64,000 nt of DNA from positions 248,001 to 312,000 of the forward strand of contig CT868679.1 in the NCBI GenBank assembly GCA_000165425.1. Direction: 5' to 3'. The notes beneath the pieces were generated by a model. The model searched no databases. It saw only the letters and a list, made by a program, of their open reading frames with translations, and was not told the origin of the DNA. Source of the stretch: Paramecium tetraurelia (taxonomy: Eukaryota). Both the position numbers and the translations under genes were made by a program. Positions 55,601 to 64,000 of the stretch are shown one piece after another. How positions within the stretch are numbered: position 1 is the first letter of the stretch; every line of letters begins with the position of its first letter.

Positions 55601-58600
55601 CCATTGAATAACAATAGATGAAACAAGAATAATCTAACCAATAAGATAATAAGCCCCCAGAACTTACAGAATCTTAATTATCTATAGAAGATGCAAAAAG
55701 ACTAACTTAAACAATGTCTTAGTAAGATCTGCCAGTAAAGTAATTGTAAGAAACAGCATCTCATCCCTAACTGTAATAATAAGCAAATCCTCAAACCTAG
55801 AACTAATAACAGAGTTCAAAAAACAATTCAAGAATTTAATCAGGAAAATCGTTATAAAAGTCTGATCGCACTCAAAAAAAAGTAGAATAGCCAAATCAAG
55901 ATTCTACTTAATAATTGGAAAAAGATTAATAGCCACAAACTAAAAGTGAGGATCAAAATAAAGAAATTAAAGATTCAAACACAATTAAATCAGAAGGAAA
56001 AAGCAAAGGTGGGTCAAATAAATCTTCTAATGCATAATAATAACCAATTTAGAATGAAGAAAGTAAACCTTAAAGTGCTAAAGATAAACAAAAACCAGTG
56101 ACTAAAGAGTAGCAATAACCTGTATAAAATTAAGATGAACAAGTCTTTCGTTAATAGCAAACAATAGAGTAGATTAAAGATAAGGCAAATCAGGAAGACA
56201 TTCCATAAATTAAAGTTCAAAGTCCTCATAGTTCTATGAAGGGAAGCCAAGATATGAATTAGCTTGAAGCTTCTTTACATAAAGATGATTAAGTGGTAGA
56301 ATAAGAATAAGAGTAAGTAGTAGAGCAAAATTAGGATATTCAAGAGGTCAGATCTTCAAATTAACAAGATTAGGAATAAGCAAATGAAAATGCTATTTAA
56401 TAAAATAATGAATAAGAAAAATAAGAACAAAATAATGATTAGGATGTAAAAGGTCCAAAATCAGAATAAAATGGTTAAGAAGAACAGGAAGGAATGAAGT
56501 CTTCTGATAGTAATAGGTCGTAAAAAACTAATAAAGATGGTGGTTAGGATGAAGTTTTGGAAAAACCTGCTGAAGTTTTATTAGTCCCAGAAAGTCGACC
56601 CAAGACATTGGTTTATTAAAATTCGAGTAGCCTTGAATCTTAACCTCAATAAGAGTTGCAATCGTAGACAAAGCTGGGTCATAGCGATACACAATAATTT
56701 GCTGAAACACAAAAGAAGATTGCAAAAGTTATTAGATACCCTGAAAACTTTGAGGATTGGACTATAGAAGATTGTTTAAGAAGACTAGAAGAAGATCCTA
56801 ATGATATCTTTCCTATGTTCAGATTGGCTATACTTTATACAGATGATTTAGAAAAGGCCAAGGAATACCTTTTAAAAGTGACTGAAATGGACCCATTATT
56901 TGAGGTTGAAAAAGTAAATTGGGCTTTAGGAACAATTTTCGTCTCAGAAAAAGAATGGAAAAGAGCTCTACATCACTTCAGAATAGGCTATCAATATAGT
57001 TAAGATAGAGCTAAATCATATTTAGAAATAGCCAGATGTTATTAAAAATTGGGGGAGTTTGAGAAAGCAGAAAGAACATATAGAAGAGCCATTGATGCCA
57101 ATAATAAAGATTATCTGCCTTATTATAAGTTGGGATGGATGCAAATAAAGAATAAGTAATTAAAGGAAGGAATAGATAATTTATCAAAAGCATAAACCCT
57201 TGATTATTAAAATATGGACATCATTATAAAATTAGGAGAATCTTTAATGATTTATGATGAAGATCCTACAGCTGTAGATGAGGCTGTTATTGTATTACAT
57301 AAAGGAATGATAGTAGATCCATTAAATTATGAATGCACTAATGCGCTGGCTAGAGCATATGAAAAGAAGGGAGACTTAGTCAATGCTATTAAATATGGAA
57401 AGTTAGCAACAGAATAGCCAAATTCAAATTCAAACTCACATTATTTTTTAGGAACTTTATATATGAAGAAGAAGGATTTCAAAAGTGCTGCCGAATCATT
57501 TAGAACTTTATTGAGAATAAATAACGAGCACCCGGAGGCTCTAATTGAATATGCAACTATTTCAAGCATATAAGGTAATTTCGAAAAAGCAAAAAAATAC
57601 TTGAAACATGCATTAAAATCAAGTCCAAATAACCCAGTTGCAAATATGAGATTAGGTAGAATTTATTAAACGAAATTAAATGAATTAAACTCAGCAATTG
57701 AATGCTTTGCAAAGGTTTCTAGAGTAGATCCAACAAATTATAAAGCTTATTATTATATGGGTTAATGTTATATTTAGAAAGGAGAGCTAAATAAAGGAAT
57801 TGAAAATATGAATATGTCTTTAAAGCACAATCAATCTTTTGGACTGGCTTGGAAAGCTGTTGGTAATATTATGTATGAGAAGAATCAGCCAGCTAAAGCT
57901 CTAAGATATTTCTAAAAAGCCATTGATTCAGATAAAAATGATATGGAAGCTAAGATTGGGTTGGGAAATTGTTATTATTTACAGGAACAATTTGAATAAG
58001 CTATTTAGATTTATGAAGAAATAAGTCATTTGGATCAAAATGAAGAATTAGAATACAATATGGCAAATTGTTATTATATGAAAAATGATTTTGAGGAAGC
58101 GGTATTGCATTATTAGAAAGCATTAAGCATAAATCCTGATAAAATAGAATGTTATTATAATTTAGGAAATACATATTGTATTATGGAAAAATTCGAAGAA
58201 GCCTTAGAATGCTTTGAGAGAGTGGTAAAGGATGATCCTAAACATTCAGCAGCCTTCTATAATTATGCAAATACATTCTTTGTTTTATAAGATTATGAAA
58301 ATGCAGCTAAATACTTTGAAAAGGCTGTTGAGTTATAGCCTGAAAATGTTGATTGGAGGTATTTTAAAGATATGCAATTTTAGGAATTACGTAGCTTAAT
58401 TATATATAGAGAAGGGTGATCTTAATGCAGCAAAAAGACATTTAGATGAAAGCATGAGATTGTAGCCTAGGAATCCTGACACCTTAGTTAGATATGCAAA
58501 TTACTATTATCAAATAGGAAACTACAAAGAGGCTATTTAAAAAGCAAAAGTATTAATTAACAATAATTATAGTAAACCTTGGCATTAGATGAAGCAAATG

Positions 58601-58638
58601 ATGAAGCTAAATCATTAATTAGAGAACTTACTAAATGA
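49648..58638 (+). CDS. Giant (about 2,900 aa) TPR protein: N-terminal TPRs, a Q/E/K-rich linker with a 28-aa tandem repeat, and a long C-terminal TPR array
   Basis: N-terminal AFFNLAMCYEKAGENQQALEMYQQ. The frame appears open from about 50524 to 58358 in code 6. C-terminal TPRs include YNMANCYYMKNDFEEAVLHYQKALSINP and YYNLGNTYCIMEKFEEALECFERVVKDDP. Confidence 0.85.
52114..54618 (+). repeat. Coding minisatellite: about 30 copies of an 84-bp unit encoding LEEEQKEKERQLELQKEQERQQAEQQKK
   Basis: Recurrent unit ttagaagaagaataaaaagagaaagaaag..gaattataaaaagaataagaaag..ataagctgaa. Extreme purine bias on the + strand. Confidence 0.93.
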
Positions 58639-59290
58639 TTATTAAAAACATAAGACATTTATTTTATTCCAAATTTTATTTAATCAAGTCTATATTTATC
58701 AATGCAATATTATATTATTCTAATATACAATCATTAATTTAGAACTCATAAGATCAAGTTTGATGCTTGGATTTAATTTATTTAAAAATTTCATGCAACT
58801 ATCCATCAAACAATATTAACTATGATTGCATTTTAGTAGTTTTAATAATGCAGAACATTAATGAGAAAATAATCTGAAAATGTTGAGAGTACTAGAAATT
58901 TTTATTTGTAGTTAATAGTATTTATATACTCTTTAGAATATAATTTACAATAACAAACTAAAAATTATTTGATATTTTTTGATTAATTTGATATTGATTT
59001 TGATTTAATTTTATATTTTATACTCATTCCATAAACATAAATATATTTCTCATAAAATTACTGAAAATGTATATTATTACCTACTACTATGAATGCGAAT
59101 TGCTTAAAAATAATAAAAAACTTAATTATAAAGTCGATTTTTGATTGAAAGGAATCAATTATTTCGAAATAGAATTGAGAAGATCAAAGGGATGATGGGT
59201 TCTGATAATAATTATTTTAAATTATAGAATATTCTAGTATTTTTAGGATATTTAATAGCGGCTGATTCGAGAAAAATTTTAAACTAATTA

Positions 59291-61802
59291 ATGTCTTAGC
59301 TTGCTTCAATTGGTATAGACTTTGGAAGTCAAAGGTCAGTGATTGCTGCTGCTCTCAGAGGAGGTGTAAAGATTTTAGACAATGAGGGAGCTCATAGGGA
59401 AACATAAAATGTTATAGGATTTACTGCTGAAGAACGATTTATTGGTGAATAAGGAGCACTATAATAGAAGTCCAATTTCAAAAATTCTATTGGATTTTTT
59501 AATAGGTTTCTAGGAATTCAAGGAAAACAAGCATTTCTTGCTGAGGAAATGAAATGGTTAACAGTTCCTACATCAATCCATGAATCTGGAAAAACACTAT
59601 TTGAAGTGACTTACCTTGGGTAAAAGGCTAACTTCACTCCTGAATAGTTGACAGGCACTATGCTAAATAAATTGAAGCATATTATCTAATTAAACGACAT
59701 CAATATTTCATCAAGTAATGTGTGTATAAGTGTACCTGCATATTACACAGAATCAGAAAGAAAAGCACTTATTGATGCTTGCAAAATAGCAGACATTCCA
59801 CTAGAGAGATTGCTGAATGAAACTACTGCAATAGCTATTAATTATGGGCTTTTTAGAAAAACAGAGTTAGATCCAAAGACACCAAGAAATGTAGCATTTG
59901 TTGATTTAGGTCATTCTAAATTTTCAGCATTTGTTGGTTCATTTTACAAAGAAAAAGCTTAAGTTTTGGCCTAAGTTTGCGAAAGAAATTTAGGAGCTAG
60001 AGATATAGATTGGGTTTTATTTGAGAAATTTGCAACTTAATTTGAAATAAAAACAAGCGGATTGAGTGTTAGGAAAAATGCTAAGGGAAGATTACGTTTA
60101 CTAGAAGCAATAGAGAAAGCTAGAAAGGTCTTGTCTGCAAATTCTGAAGCTTAAATTAATGTTGAATATTTAGTTGAAGATGAGGATTTTAATACTCTAA
60201 TAAAAAGAGATGAATTCGAATAATTAGCTTAACCTGTTTTATTGTAGATATAAGCACAACTTGAATTGTTGTATAATTAGGTTTAAAACTTAAAATTATA
60301 ACTGCATTCAGTTGAAATAGTAGGAGGAGCAACTAGAATACCAGCTGTATAGCGATTGATTGAGAAAATATTCAAAATTGAATAAGTTTCAAGAACTTTA
60401 AATGCAAGTGAATCAATTTCAAGAGGATGTGGAATGATGGCTGCAATGAGAAGCCCAAACTTTAGAGTTACTGAGTATAAAATAGAAGATTGCAATTACT
60501 ATCCAATAAGAGTTGGTTGGCTTTATGATCAAAAACTGAATAAATTAGATTAAAGTAAGGGTTTGGCGAGATGTTTCCCTGAAAAATAATGTAAAATTTT
60601 GTTTGAATAAAACAATCCAATTCCTTCAATCAAAAGTTTCACTTTAATGAAAACACAGCCAATTTAATTAACTCTCTTTTATGATCCAGTCCCTCAAGGG
60701 TTTGATCCAATTATATGTAAATTAAAATATTAATATTCCTAGAATAAGTACAAGTTCCTCCTCTAGTTCCCAAACACAAAGAGCATACAACTAAAATAAA
60801 AGTGTTGCTTGATTAGAATGGTCTATTAAACTTAGAAGAAGTCGTATTAATAGAAGAATTTATGGAAGATGTCAAAGTACCTGTAAATTTCTAATCTTAA
60901 TTTAGGTTGAAAAATAAAAGTTAACTACTTCTGAAAAGTAAGAAGAAGGTTAATAGTAATAAAAAGATGCACAAGTACAAAAGGAGGTTAAGGTAGAAGA
61001 ACCAGAATATGAAATAAAATAAAAAAAGAAAACTATACAAAGTTAAGTGAACTGTGAGACTACTTGTTTATATTCTTTAACAAAGAAAGAGATCGATCAT
61101 TATTTCTAATAAGAGTGTGAAATGCTTAATAATGATAATTAAATTCATGAAACTCAATTCAAAAAGAATCAATTGGAATCTTATATTTATTCTTGGAGGG
61201 AAAATTTGAATGGAAAATATGCAGAAAATGTTAAACCTGAATTAAAGGAAAGAATTTTAAAAGAATTAGACCTCCAATATGAATGGTTATATGGAGATGG
61301 CTAAAAGACTACAAAGAGAGAATATTCTGATAGATATGACAGGCTTGTTTCTTTATGTGGTCCAATAGCCACAATAGCAGATGAGTATAGACAAATACCT
61401 GAAGTCATTTAAGAAGTTTAAAAATATAGTTTAATTTATGAAAACTTTGTAAATTCATAAGTAAATAATTATTTAATTTCAAAGGATTAACAATATGCTC
61501 ACATTTCGATAGAAGAGAGAAATCTTGTTGCAAATGAATTAAAATTATTCAATTAATGGTGCTATAATACAATAGAGTTATTGAAAAATGCTGATAAAAC
61601 AGTTAGATTTGCTATCTCAGTTTAACAGGTTAATACAAAATATGTAGAATTATAACAGGTAAGGATTTATAATATAACATAGAAATGTCAACCAATTGTA
61701 ACTAAACCTAAACCAGAATCCATAAAGGAAGAAAAGGTTATCGATGACACCAAATAATAATAATAAAATAATGTTAATGGAAATAAAATGGAAACTGAAT
61801 GA
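59291..61802 (+). CDS. Hsp110/SSE-family chaperone (Hsp70 superfamily)
   Basis: SIGIDFGSQRSVIAA..GGVKILDNE, ISVPAYYTESERKALIDACKIA, RLLNETTAIAINYG, VDLGHS, VEIVGGATRIP, TLNASESISRGC, KNQLESYIY. Ends METE. Confidence 0.93.
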
Positions 61803-61871
61803 TTAATTATTTATGTTATGTAGATAAATATATATTGGTATATTTAATTTCTAACTAACAAGTAAAACCAA

Positions 61872-64000
61872 TCATAACAGTTCTTCATATCTAAAAAAAG
61901 TTGATGGTTTCCTTGCTGTATTTGGCTTGCATAAAGATCTGTCACTATGTTGTGAGACGGGTCTTTAGTTGTCTATAACCATAAGAGGAGTTGTTGGTTC
62001 GTGGTACTTAGACTCCATTAATTGAAATTATGTCATTTTCTATTAAATTATAAGATTTTGTCTTTTTAATTGCTAAATATATTTTTATTTTTACTTGTAA
62101 CAATTGATCATTTCTGTCCTTTAGTTTTTCAACATACTCAACTAAGTTTTATCTTTCCTAAGAGTATCTTAGTTTATCTAATTTTAATGCCTCAATTTTT
62201 TACTCTTCACATCTATTAGGTTTCATGGATTCATAATTAGTTATGTAATCCATGACTCCTTGCTCAATAAGAGGATGTTTAAGAGAATCTTCCATGATAT
62301 CAGATATTTTTTTGGAAACATCAAGTGGCAATTTTAAATTAACTAGATTTGTAGTGATTGCTCTATGGATGGTATTCAATAAATTTTAAAGTGATAACTT
62401 TTGCATCACTTGTTCAATAGTTTAAGATTTAGTAATTATCTTAGTTAGCTTACTTTAGGTAATTTCTCCATTGATAATTTATTCTAATTTTCTAGAATAA
62501 TCAATATTTATTTAATCCATTTTATCCTTAAGTTAATTATTTTGATAATCATCAATATCATTATTTAGGATATTCAACTAATCATTTAATGAATTAATTT
62601 CATCAAATAAAATTTAGTTATATTCTGCTCTTATATTGTTTTCTCCTCTTTACAATTTATTAACCATCTTCTCTAAACTCTCAATTTTTTAATTTAATTA
62701 AGTTATTTTTACTTGTTTTCTCTAACATTCCATTTTAGATTAGCCTAATTGTATTTTGAGATCATCAATTTATTTTAAATAATTAATCTCATTCTCTTTT
62801 TATTCAATAATATTCTCTGGTTAAGAAGCTTTCTTTGATGAAAAGAATGATAAATCAATTTAAAGACAAGATTTATCTGTCATTAAACTCATTGATGGAT
62901 GCTTTGATTTATTCCCTTTCTCTTAATTTATTTAAGAATCGTAATGTTTGATCAAATTATTTTCATTCGGGATGTCTAAAATTGACTTTCTTTTTAACTA
63001 TTCTAACTCCTGATGAGCTAATTATAACTGTAATTTCAAATCTTTTATCATCTATTGCATCATCTCTGAAGACATCTTCACATTCATTTTATAATGATTT
63101 TTTATAGATTTAGCTCTCGATGCAAATTTTAAAGTGCTTATGGTTTCATCCATAGATGTTACGTGTGATGAACATGTGACTATCTATAATGATATTTATA
63201 AAATATCTTACTAAAGAAGTTTTGTAGTTTCCACCCAAAGATTCCTATAAAATTCTAGTTAATTTTGAATTTCTGTATGGAATATGGTCATTATTTGTAG
63301 TCAATGCATGAATAACATTCCCTAAACAAGAAAGCGATAAATTAATCTTTTTCGCCTCTTCTAGTATTTCTCCTTATGCACCCGTTTTGCCTACCTTTTC
63401 TGAACCTGCTAAATCAACTAGATTTAGTTTTCCTTTCTTTTCAGTTTCATTCGGTAATCTTTATTTGATTTCCAACATGAAAATAGTATGGGATCTGGAA
63501 CTATATTAATTAATTCTTGTAGCAGCTACTTTTCTTGTCTATTCTCCTAGTTCCACAATTCTAAGCAACTCATCTTGACTTTATAATGATAATTGAGTTA
63601 GTCCTTCGACATAAATACCCTTGGTTGCACTTTCCTTTATCTTTAAATCTGGACGCTACAATGATAGTAAATCAAATAAGGTTTCCTTATAAATTTCTAG
63701 CATTGAACAAGTTAATACAAACTCACATTCTGGATCACTTTGATTTATGTATGTGAATATCTCTTAACTAACATATTAATTATAATCTAATACATCGATC
63801 TTGGTATTATTCCTTGACCATTCGAATCTCTCAATTCCCCAAACATCGTATATGTCTTTCCTGATCCAGTCTACCCATAAGCAAAGATAGTGCTGTTGTA
63901 TCCATTTAGAACATCCTAAATTGCATCTCTTCCAACTGAATCATAAACTGTTAATTGATTGGAAGTAGGAGGGAAGACTCTATCAAATGTATGGATCACA
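61872..64000 (-). CDS. Kinesin with canonical motor (kinesin-1-like) and coiled-coil tail; 5' end lies outside the window
   Basis: [70 protein letters not shown]. Confidence 0.93.

Overview
AT-rich, very gene-dense eukaryotic DNA using the ciliate nuclear code: TAA/TAG read as Gln, TGA is the only stop, and introns are tiny (about 20-30 nt, GT..AG). This best fits a Paramecium (aurelia-type) macronuclear chromosome, which is an inference. The supplied ORF track treats TAA/TAG as stops, so it is mostly fragments or antisense artefacts. Hand translation in code 6 gives about 28 protein genes. They include a 5'-truncated alveolate-type guanylyl cyclase, NOC2, two kinesins (one with degenerate switch motifs), a CNBD channel-like protein lacking the K+ filter, ankyrin, MORN, RING, B-box and TPR proteins, a TAF8/TAF3-like histone-fold protein, CFAP46, ATP synthase beta, an SCP/NIF phosphatase, SRPK, Hsp110 and a giant TPR protein with about 30 copies of a 28-aa repeat. 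No tRNA, rRNA, CRISPR array, transposon or telomere was seen. I found no clearly new multi-gene system. The most notable signals are divergent gene pairs with start codons only 6-17 bp apart, several catalytically degenerate family members, and single-base frameshifts that may be assembly errors.
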